Virus record (IMG/VR): IMGVR_UViG_3300006737_000001
Span: 1-64,000 of that record
Length of the DNA stretch: 64,000 nt
DNA from: an uncultured virus (IMG/VR IMGVR_UViG_3300006737_000001)
Taxonomy: Duplodnaviria; Heunggongvirae; Uroviricota; Caudoviricetes
Strand: one strand, 5' to 3'
In this document: positions 56,269 to 64,000 of the stretch, one piece after another
How the letters are laid out: each line of letters begins with the position of its first letter
How positions within the stretch are numbered: the stretch's first letter is position 1
Position numbers and translations under genes: made by a program
The notes under the pieces: model-generated
Seen by the model: the letters and a program-made list of their open reading frames with translations, nothing else
What the model was told of the DNA's origin: nothing
The model's database searches: none

Positions 56269-56958
56269 CTAGAAGTCTCCTGTTGCTGTTAGTGTTTTAT
56301 TTAATTCATCACCAGATAATCCGTAGACTACTGGTTGATAAGAAGTAAATTCTAATGTCTCTTCTTGAACGCCGTCAGCGTTAAGCGTAGTTGTGTAAGC
56401 AGTTAAACAACAGTTTTTGACACACATAACTTCTTCGTTACCTGTGTTTCCTGCTGTTCCAGTCTTAAATTGTAAACTTACTCTGTAACCATAACATGAA
56501 AAATCACCTGAACCATCTTTGATTTCCTTAGGGTTTACTAATCCAGTACCAAGACCAGTATTATTATTACCCATACCAAATCTTGCTTTATTACCTGTAC
56601 TATCTCCGTTATAAATTAAATCCCAAAGATTGTTGTTTTTCTTTCTTGTTAAGGATACTGTGTATTCCTTTTTGATTTCAACCTTACCCGGTTGAGTCTG
56701 TCCCATAAAAGAAGTGTCTTCATCCATGGTTCCTAGTGCTACATCTACTCCAACAATATCTGCATATGGAGTATAGTTAGTTAAAGCTACTGCTGCGTTC
56801 ATGTCATCTGCAAACAAATTTGTTATGTCACTAGAAGGGTCTCCTAGTTTGATAATTGGAGCTACAGCGGCACTTCCTGAAGTACCAATTGCTTTATTAG
56901 TTACAGCAGTTTCAGTTGTAATGTAAACATTAACATCTCTGCCTAGAAAGTAAGCCAT
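56269..56958 (-). CDS. Major tail tube protein paralogue 1
   Basis: GGAGGTGA SD, promoter AAAGCTTTATATAG at 57081-94, position before chaperones. Confidence 0.7.
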   Translation of the reverse strand: MAYFLGRDVNVYITTETAVTNKAIGTSGSAAVAPIIKLGDPSSDITNLFADDMNAAVALTNYTPYADIVGVDVALGTMDEDTSFMGQTQPGKVEIKKEYTVSLTRKKNNNLWDLIYNGDSTGNKARFGMGNNNTGLGTGLVNPKEIKDGSGDFSCYGYRVSLQFKTGTAGNTGNEEVMCVKNCCLTAYTTTLNADGVQEETLEFTSYQPVVYGLSGDELNKTLTATGDF

Positions 56959-57097
56959 TAGAATTCACCTCCTTTCGTTATTTTATTGTGGGTATATACC
57001 ATTTTTTCACCTTTTGTTTTTTTTGTGTCGACTTTCAGTACGTTACACTTCACTCGTTACCTTTAAATTAACTCGTCTTACTATATAAAGCTTTTGC

Positions 57098-58780
57098 TTA
57101 ATACTGATTAGCTCCTCCCTGTCTGAAAGCAGCAACACCAGCTCTACGCGAAGTTACTAAAGGAGATATAGAAAAGTTATAACCAGTCTCTGTCATACCC
57201 GTTCCTCTCCATGTATCGTCCATTACATCACTCCACACACCCAATAGATGTTTGCGTGGATTTCCTTTGTCATCTCCAAATATCCATTCGCTAGAAATAG
57301 TAGTTCCTTGTCTATTACCAACTGGACCGGGACCAACTGCACGATACCAATCTTTTGTTAAATCATTACTTTGTTGTAATAATGCTTGATACCAATTAGC
57401 AAATGCCTGAGTAGATTGAGGGTTATTATAATAGTCATTGATTTGTTGCCTTAGGTTTTCGGCTATTTGTGTAGTAGTTAAATGTATTTTTCCTCCAGTT
57501 CCTGCTATATTGAGTTGTATATTATTAAAAAAATCTAAAGCCAGACCAGCTGTAGAAAATTCTCCTGTTCTTTCTACCCTATCTAATGTAGAAACTGATA
57601 CAGCATTAGCTTCGTTGTGAGCTAAAAAAGCGATTTCTGAAATTAACGTTGCACCTACTGAGTTTTGGCTTAACATCCAATCAGTAAAAGCATTTATAAC
57701 ATTTCCATCTAAAGCAGCTACAACTGCTACATTATCGCTATCAAAACCAATCTGAGGCATACCATTTTCATACAGTGGATAAAATGTAGCAAAACCAATA
57801 GTACTTGGTGTTAAGGTAACTTGATAAACATGCCTGATAGGCTCTAATGCTCTACCTGCACTGTCCATCATACTTTGACTTCTACCCACTCTATTTAAAA
57901 ACTGTCTCATATCATAAGCGGGAGTGCCTCTAGTTGCAGAAGAAAACATACCTTTAGCCATTTCAAAGTCTCTGCCTGACATCGTAGCATTGTAACCAAA
58001 AGAAGTCCATTCATTAGCTATACGTGCGTTCCATTCATTTATATTTTGTTGAATATGTGTAGTCCATGTAGACACAGCACTTGCTAAATTTGTTTCTGAA
58101 GTATCTACTTGTGCTAAAATCTTATGGCTAGCACTACCACCTGCATCTCTAGCAACTTCAGCACTTTGTATATTTAGATTTTGTGGTAATTCTGATTGAA
58201 TAAACCTTCTAAAGGAATCATGCTCTTCTAAAAATATATCGAAATCCTGAGACCGACCAAAGTCACCTGACCTATCAAATGCTTGACCTGATTGGTCATC
58301 ATTACCTTCAAGTGCTGAATATAAATTACTTAGCATACCTATTTCAATTTCATCTCTTATACGACTATTTAGAGCAACAGAACCGGGACGAGCACTTGCA
58401 CTATCTAATAACTCTTGAAGTTGTTGTCCCATTATGTTTGAAGAAGCTTGACCAGCAATACCTCTAGCAGAAGCAAGCGCAACATCTTCTCTCGGCATCA
58501 TAGCACTCATTATACGTGTACGACCTGCTCCTTTACCTTGATAAATCTGTCTTCTTAAAACATAAGGATATCCATCACGTTCATTATCACCCAAAGAAGA
58601 ATCATCTTGAGGAGATAAATCGAAATAACCCTCACTTGAAGCTCCAGCTACTGTAGGTGTAGTACCTCTCAGTTGCATTGCATAAGCTTGTGTAAAGGGT
58701 AAGTAGGGTTGAAAACCAACTGAGATGCTTCTGAATACATTTTGTTCACCAAACTGCTCAATCATTCTGACATTAGGCAT
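57098..58780 (-). CDS. Hypothetical virion protein
   Basis: 560 aa between neck and tail tube genes. Confidence 0.6.
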   Translation of the reverse strand: MPNVRMIEQFGEQNVFRSISVGFQPYLPFTQAYAMQLRGTTPTVAGASSEGYFDLSPQDDSSLGDNERDGYPYVLRRQIYQGKGAGRTRIMSAMMPREDVALASARGIAGQASSNIMGQQLQELLDSASARPGSVALNSRIRDEIEIGMLSNLYSALEGNDDQSGQAFDRSGDFGRSQDFDIFLEEHDSFRRFIQSELPQNLNIQSAEVARDAGGSASHKILAQVDTSETNLASAVSTWTTHIQQNINEWNARIANEWTSFGYNATMSGRDFEMAKGMFSSATRGTPAYDMRQFLNRVGRSQSMMDSAGRALEPIRHVYQVTLTPSTIGFATFYPLYENGMPQIGFDSDNVAVVAALDGNVINAFTDWMLSQNSVGATLISEIAFLAHNEANAVSVSTLDRVERTGEFSTAGLALDFFNNIQLNIAGTGGKIHLTTTQIAENLRQQINDYYNNPQSTQAFANWYQALLQQSNDLTKDWYRAVGPGPVGNRQGTTISSEWIFGDDKGNPRKHLLGVWSDVMDDTWRGTGMTETGYNFSISPLVTSRRAGVAAFRQGGANQY

Positions 58781-58783
58781 TTA

Positions 58784-59332
58784 TCACGACCGTGTGTTTT
58801 TGAATACTATAACCATTGAAGCAACTGCTACCCAATGTTCTAATTTAGGGTCATATCCTATATCTTTAAAACCACTAAAATGTCTCTCATCTACTTCAGT
58901 ATCAGTAGTACTAAAATCAGTATCCATAAGTATATTAGCGCTATTAAGCATGAGATAATTAATCAAACGTCTCTGTTTATACTTAGTAGAGCCCCCTGTA
59001 GGAGTTAAAGAGCAATCTCTATCTACGATAAGATATATATTAAAGCCTACTCCATAGAGCTCCCCTATCTGCTCAGTAGGGCTTGTTCCATATGTTAACC
59101 TTTGTCCCATAAATTGAGTTTCTATTCCATTAGCTACCATTTCTGTAATTATTGCTGGATACTTAGTTTGGTCTGTGGTTGGAAATTGCCCAAATACTGT
59201 TACATCAGTACCGTCAGCAGCCCATGCATTAGCGGTGCCTTTAGTACCACCAGTTATTTTGTTATATTGTCCTGCTCTCAGTTGGTCTATAAGTTTTCTC
59301 TCTACGTTATTAAGGTGGTCTGGAGGTGCCAT
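58784..59332 (-). CDS. Putative tail terminator
   Basis: P....YPAI pattern, size and position. Confidence 0.5.
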   Translation of the reverse strand: MAPPDHLNNVERKLIDQLRAGQYNKITGGTKGTANAWAADGTDVTVFGQFPTTDQTKYPAIITEMVANGIETQFMGQRLTYGTSPTEQIGELYGVGFNIYLIVDRDCSLTPTGGSTKYKQRRLINYLMLNSANILMDTDFSTTDTEVDERHFSGFKDIGYDPKLEHWVAVASMVIVFKNTRS

Positions 59333-60297
59333 TATTCAGCTCGCCTCCTTGCGTCATCGCGTCCTGCGGTTCTAACGCAATTAAAAATAATATATCCATC
59401 AGTCATGTCTTTTAAAGAATGGACGTGCCATGATACTGATTTGTAATACTCTATATCTTTTATTTGTAACGTATCTGTGTTGTCTGCGTTGTATTCTATC
59501 CTGAAAATTCTTAGGTCGTTTTCATAATCAAACGAAATCCCTGTAGTAACTGGTACATTATAACGTGTCCCTGTTTGATAAATACTTGTTGCAGAAGTAC
59601 CTGACACAAATGGTACATCTACTGTAAGCCAATTGTTATCCAGTAACACAAAATTATCATTATCCCAGTTAACTCTAAATGCTGAATTAGTACCACCATG
59701 ATAAGACCTGATAGCTTTTAATTCTACACTACCGCTACCTCTTATCTTAAATCTTAATCTATCTGCTTCTAAAGTATTTTTAGCAGTAGTTTGGTAAAGT
59801 AAATTGCCATCACCAGTGGCAGTTAAAGTTAAACTCTCTCCGTCACTAGCAACTGAGCCAGTACCTGTCCAATTTGTGGTACCAGTGGTAGGGACTGAAA
59901 ATATTGTTCTATAATTCGTAATTAGTCTATCCCATCCTTCTATTTCATTAAATTGTGCTGTACCAGTAAAATTACCTTGGTCAAAATTAGGATAGTTTTT
60001 TATAGTATTTATATTAGGAGTATAAATTCTTGCTGCTCCAACTATATTGTTACCAGCTCTCTCTTGTTGATAATCTGCTGTAACGGCAGGTCTAATAATT
60101 GCAGGTAAATCTGGAAGTAATAGTTCTGGTGCAGCTTCATCACCATCAGGTACTCCATAAGCATCTGTTTCGTAAATAGGTAAACGATGATATGTTACAT
60201 ATTGAGCTTGTTCGCTCCTGTATCTCAATGCGCGAAAGATGCGGTTCATATTCAAAGCACCCGGACGGATACCTTGTGAACCAATCAACCCCGGCAT
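59332..60297 (-). CDS. Putative head-closure protein with inserted beta-rich domain
   Basis: Position after adaptor; YG.P, ARIYT patterns. Confidence 0.45.
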   Translation of the reverse strand: MPGLIGSQGIRPGALNMNRIFRALRYRSEQAQYVTYHRLPIYETDAYGVPDGDEAAPELLLPDLPAIIRPAVTADYQQERAGNNIVGAARIYTPNINTIKNYPNFDQGNFTGTAQFNEIEGWDRLITNYRTIFSVPTTGTTNWTGTGSVASDGESLTLTATGDGNLLYQTTAKNTLEADRLRFKIRGSGSVELKAIRSYHGGTNSAFRVNWDNDNFVLLDNNWLTVDVPFVSGTSATSIYQTGTRYNVPVTTGISFDYENDLRIFRIEYNADNTDTLQIKDIEYYKSVSWHVHSLKDMTDGYIIFNCVRTAGRDDARRRAE

Positions 60298-60299
60298 TA

Positions 60300-60767
60300 T
60301 TATTCTCCCGTACCTCTTGGCCTTGGATACATATCTTTAGTAGAGTCGACACCAGTAACGTTTTTATCCCAATTAACTTTTCCAAGATATGGGTCTGCAT
60401 TGTAGGTTGTAGTCTTAATGCTAAGACTTTGTTTCATTACTAGTTGTTGTTCTGCTAGTTCTTTAAAATGAATGAATTGGTCTCCTTCATAGTATACAGC
60501 TAAATCTCCGACTTGTATTCTTTCTATACCCATACCATTTTGAGCAATAGATGCTAAATAACAAGTGTAGTAAGCTACTGCATTATCATAAGCAGCGGCA
60601 GCTGTGGCTACATCATATGCTGTACCAATTTGTTCTTCAAACCATTCTGTTGAAATGCTAATTAAAATATCTAGCGTATCATTATCTAATTCTTCTTGCT
60701 CTATTCCAGCTAAGAGTCTAATTCTATCTCTCAGTCCAGCGAGCGTTGTTATACTTGTTATTGCCAT
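60300..60767 (-). CDS. Head-tail adaptor
   Basis: AVAYYTCYL...IQVGDLAVYY gp15-like pattern. Confidence 0.6.
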   Translation of the reverse strand: MAITSITTLAGLRDRIRLLAGIEQEELDNDTLDILISISTEWFEEQIGTAYDVATAAAAYDNAVAYYTCYLASIAQNGMGIERIQVGDLAVYYEGDQFIHFKELAEQQLVMKQSLSIKTTTYNADPYLGKVNWDKNVTGVDSTKDMYPRPRGTGE

Positions 60768-60768
60768 T

Positions 60769-60975
60769 TTACATCATCCCCATTGCACCTGCTCCACCAG
60801 CAGCAGTGACAGCTATACCTACCCACCATCTCATTTGGCGGCGTAAATCGTTCTCCCACATTTCGTGATGAGCTAAGTGATTCGTAAAGAGAGTTTCGAA
60901 TTTATCCATTTTAGTAAAAACGGTCTTGACGCGTTCGTCTATGCGAATCAATAGTTCTTTATCTGTTGTATCCAT
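60769..60975 (-). CDS. Small coiled-coil + TM protein
   Basis: LIRIDERV...WWVGIAVTAAG. Confidence 0.6.
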   Translation of the reverse strand: MDTTDKELLIRIDERVKTVFTKMDKFETLFTNHLAHHEMWENDLRRQMRWWVGIAVTAAGGAGAMGMM

Positions 60976-60989
60976 ATATAAACCTTTCC

Positions 60990-63900
60990 TTATGAGTTAA
61001 TCAACTCCGTGTTTTTATCTAAATCTCTAGTAAGAGTTACATCTCTATCATCAGCAGTGTCTGCATCCAATTGTTGAGCGTGGTCAATAGTAGGGAAATA
61101 TTGATGTATATCTCCCGTACAATTTATAACTTGGCCTGTAACCTTTAATTCTTCGTTTGTAACGTCTAGGTTTTCTATTTTACCTACAACTGCGAAGTTG
61201 TTTTGAGATTTGAAAGTAGATTTACCAGCTACACCAGTTACAGTAGCACCCGGTCCTGCTGTAAATACAGACAAAGAAGTAGTGTCACTTAATCCTTGAG
61301 TATGAGTGAATATCAAACTACCTGCTCCCATATTTAATCCCCCGGTGTTATGGAAAAGAGCATTGTAAGTTGTAATTGTATAATCTCCAGAATTCACTAC
61401 ACTCTGATGTGGTCTAAAGTAACCTGTACAAGTCATATCACCTGCTAATGTCGAATTAGTAGTAGCAATCCAATATTTCCAAGTTGCAGATGGTACTGCT
61501 GTACTACTCTCCCAATAACAAAGATACCAATTACTCCAATCACTACCAGCACTTACAGTTGAAGAGCCTCTCATTGTCCACGTAGGGTTACCACTTGAAC
61601 TAGCAGTACCTCCTCCGTGTGTCAAAGTTCCGAAAAATCTTATATCACTAGACCCAGCTAAAATTGAAAGGTTTGTTGTTTTACCAGATGCTGCTACCTT
61701 TAAATTATTGAATGATGTTACACCACCAGCTAAACCAATAGTACCATCACCAGTCATGTCAATAGTAGAAGTGCCATAGGTAAATGTTCCTGCTCCTACC
61801 CAATTTGGTGCAGCTCCAGCATTAGCTAGTACACCATCTCTCGATGTAGTTCCTTCTTTATTAGCGACTTTGTCTCCAGCACCACCTGTACCTTCATCGA
61901 ATTGATACATAACTTGTAACCCAGTTGTGCTAGCCATATTCCCGTGCGTGTTAAACATATCAGCTCTAAGTTGTGCAGGTGTTCTTGCAGTGTTAAATAT
62001 ACGATACATATAGAACTGACCTTTAAATCCCATATAGTTTGACCTAATAGTATCTTTAGCAGTAGTTTGCCAACTGATTCCTAAATCGGGGTCTGCCCCT
62101 ACAGTTCCTAAATCAATTCCAGTTCCTAATGTGTTTTGACCAACTAATTTACCATCGTGATAAATTTGTAACAAGTTTTCACTGTCATCAAATACTAAAG
62201 CAATATGATTCATTTTACCAATATTAACTGAAAAGTTAATTGATTGATTATTTTCGTGTGAATTAAAATTAAAGGTATCATTAAGCATATGGTCAAGCTG
62301 CCATCGGTTTGTCTGACCGCCTACATAACCGTTAATGACTCCTGCTATTTTAGCATCTCCAGATTTACTTTCAGGATTAATCCACATTTCAAAAGTTGCA
62401 TCTGAATTTTGTAAATTTGACAAATCATACGGAACATCTAAAAATGTAAAGGGTGATGTAGTTGCTGTGCTGCCATCAAAATCAAGGCCACTCTTACCAA
62501 TAAGACCACCACTGGTAGTAAAATCTCCTGACATTGTAATTGTATGTGTATTACCATCTAACTCTGCACCTGTAGCAGTAGTTACATTCACTAAAGGAGT
62601 TCCTGATGCTAGGTTATTTCCTACGTCTAATTTACCTGCACCTACTATAATATTATCAGCAGCGTGACCGTGCGCACTGTTAGAGATAGTTCCACCATTT
62701 AACATCCAATTTGTAATAGTTGAACTTGTTAATGTATGTGTATGACCGTCTCCAGTCTCTATAAGATTCATATTGCCTGAAGTGGTTGACGAGGTGTTTA
62801 CCGAATCTGCTACAACTAGAGCATTAGTTCCACAAGCAAGAGTTCCTGTACTAGTTAACAATCCAGTGAACTCAACTGTCTGTCCATTCAAATCTAATTC
62901 ATCTCCAGTATTAACATTAAAAGCACCAAACTTCATATCTCCATCTATAGTGATGTTGTGTTGTGTGTTGAAAGTCTCTGATGTGTAATCTCCCCACTTA
63001 TAATGTACCTCAGTACAAGCGTGATTTGGTCCACCTGTTGTTATTACAAATGGTTTTGATTGGTCAGCACCGTAAATGTTAACCGGTCCTGCTCCTGAAA
63101 GGGTAGCTAAGCACCTGTTACCTTCTGTTACGGTACAGGCTACTGTTGAACTACCAAGAGTAACTGTAAGGCTGCCTTGGTCTCCTTTAAATTGAAAGTA
63201 TCTACCTCCACTTTGGCTTAAGGTGTGAATTACTGTAATACTTTTCCACACAACTACCGATGCACCACCCACGGCTGGTTGGGCATTATCTAATTTATAA
63301 AAAGTAGGTTCTGCTGTACCTGCACTCTGCATATTTTGAGTATTAGTGGCGTGTGTAAATTTAACCATACCATCATTGTGTGTAAATGTACCAGTGTTAT
63401 TAAAGTTACCTGATGTGATGCTCATTGTTTGGTTTGACGATTTAAGTGTACCATTAGCCGCGATATCCACGGCTCCAAACTTTTGGTCGTGAAATCCATT
63501 AGAGTCATCAGTGTAACCCAATAATGCTACATCAGTGCCATTTCCTACTGTCAGATTACCGGTAATAGTTATACCTGTAGAACCTCCGTAAGAATTTAAA
63601 TTACCATCTTGAATATCTAAAGAAGCTGCTTCAAAAAATCCTGCCCAAGGTATATCATAATTAGTATCTACAATTACGTTATTAAGTACGTGAACACCTT
63701 CAGCTCCCATCTGCAAATATCTAGTACCAGAATCTACTTTAGCAAACTTAATTGTTCCGCCACTCATATTAACAGTAGCAGCAGAACCTAAACCAAAACC
63801 CCACGTTGGGTGTGTTGAATTTGGATTTAAGGTAATCGTTGTTGTAGCACTTGAAAAACTCAAAGTTGCACTTGCACTGTTTGTTACACTTAGTGTACCT

Positions 63901-63998
63901 AGTGAAACGGTAGCACTACCTAAATTAAGATTTCCTGCGTTACCAACACTACAAGATTTTTCTACAGTAAGTGTGTAAGATGAAGAATAATGTGTAAA
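60990..63998 (-). CDS. Large LamG-domain virion/adhesin protein, starts outside window
   Basis: Frame stays open from TTG 63863 to window end; TFEMWINP...HIALVFD...YHDG...YQFDEGTG. Confidence 0.75.
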   Translation of the reverse strand, partial: FTHYSSSYTLTVEKSCSVGNAGNLNLGSATVSLGTLSVTNSASATLSFSSATTTITLNPNSTHPTWGFGLGSAATVNMSGGTIKFAKVDSGTRYLQMGAEGVHVLNNVIVDTNYDIPWAGFFEAASLDIQDGNLNSYGGSTGITITGNLTVGNGTDVALLGYTDDSNGFHDQKFGAVDIAANGTLKSSNQTMSITSGNFNNTGTFTHNDGMVKFTHATNTQNMQSAGTAEPTFYKLDNAQPAVGGASVVVWKSITVIHTLSQSGGRYFQFKGDQGSLTVTLGSSTVACTVTEGNRCLATLSGAGPVNIYGADQSKPFVITTGGPNHACTEVHYKWGDYTSETFNTQHNITIDGDMKFGAFNVNTGDELDLNGQTVEFTGLLTSTGTLACGTNALVVADSVNTSSTTSGNMNLIETGDGHTHTLTSSTITNWMLNGGTISNSAHGHAADNIIVGAGKLDVGNNLASGTPLVNVTTATGAELDGNTHTITMSGDFTTSGGLIGKSGLDFDGSTATTSPFTFLDVPYDLSNLQNSDATFEMWINPESKSGDAKIAGVINGYVGGQTNRWQLDHMLNDTFNFNSHENNQSINFSVNIGKMNHIALVFDDSENLLQIYHDGKLVGQNTLGTGIDLGTVGADPDLGISWQTTAKDTIRSNYMGFKGQFYMYRIFNTARTPAQLRADMFNTHGNMASTTGLQVMYQFDEGTGGAGDKVANKEGTTSRDGVLANAGAAPNWVGAGTFTYGTSTIDMTGDGTIGLAGGVTSFNNLKVAASGKTTNLSILAGSSDIRFFGTLTHGGGTASSSGNPTWTMRGSSTVSAGSDWSNWYLCYWESSTAVPSATWKYWIATTNSTLAGDMTCTGYFRPHQSVVNSGDYTITTYNALFHNTGGLNMGAGSLIFTHTQGLSDTTSLSVFTAGPGATVTGVAGKSTFKSQNNFAVVGKIENLDVTNEELKVTGQVINCTGDIHQYFPTIDHAQQLDADTADDRDVTLTRDLDKNTELINS

Positions 63999-64000
63999 TG

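Overview
About 64 kb of an AT-rich tailed (Caudoviricetes, siphovirus-like) archaeal virus genome. The host is most likely Marine Group II Euryarchaeota/Poseidoniales (magrovirus-like). This rests on BRE-TATA promoters with leaderless ATGs, aIF-1A, archaeo-eukaryotic primase, family B polymerase and GCxD..A.NY...DDGSC repeats; it is an inference, not a database result. Layout: (1) 1-14.7 kb, minus strand: head/packaging genes (collagen-like protein, HK97 major capsid, protease/scaffold, portal, terminases), Lys-rich microproteins, a Cas4-like nuclease and a glyco-modification cluster. (2) 15-42 kb, plus strand: early cassettes, then MoxR AAA+/vWA, pyrimidine-dimer glycosylase, resolvase, phytoene/squalene synthase, WYL, AbrB, Hsp20, ATPase, aIF-1A, MazG, PolB, an Sm/Hfq-like protein, GT4, primase and class II RNR. 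(3) 42-64 kb, minus strand: tail module with a -1 frameshift chaperone pair and two tail-tube paralogues. The most unusual part is 14.8-24.4 kb. It holds an array of modular cassettes (hairpin/T-run + TTTTCCAC-N4-GTGAAA box + BRE/TATA + leaderless start) expressing microproteins, and four GC-rich structured non-coding RNA candidates. One has its own promoter, one has a textbook K-loop, and one is closed by a 9-bp stem plus ACCA. The genome also encodes an Sm/Hfq-like protein and a stand-alone WYL protein. All annotations were made by eye; structures are manual pairings, not computed folds.
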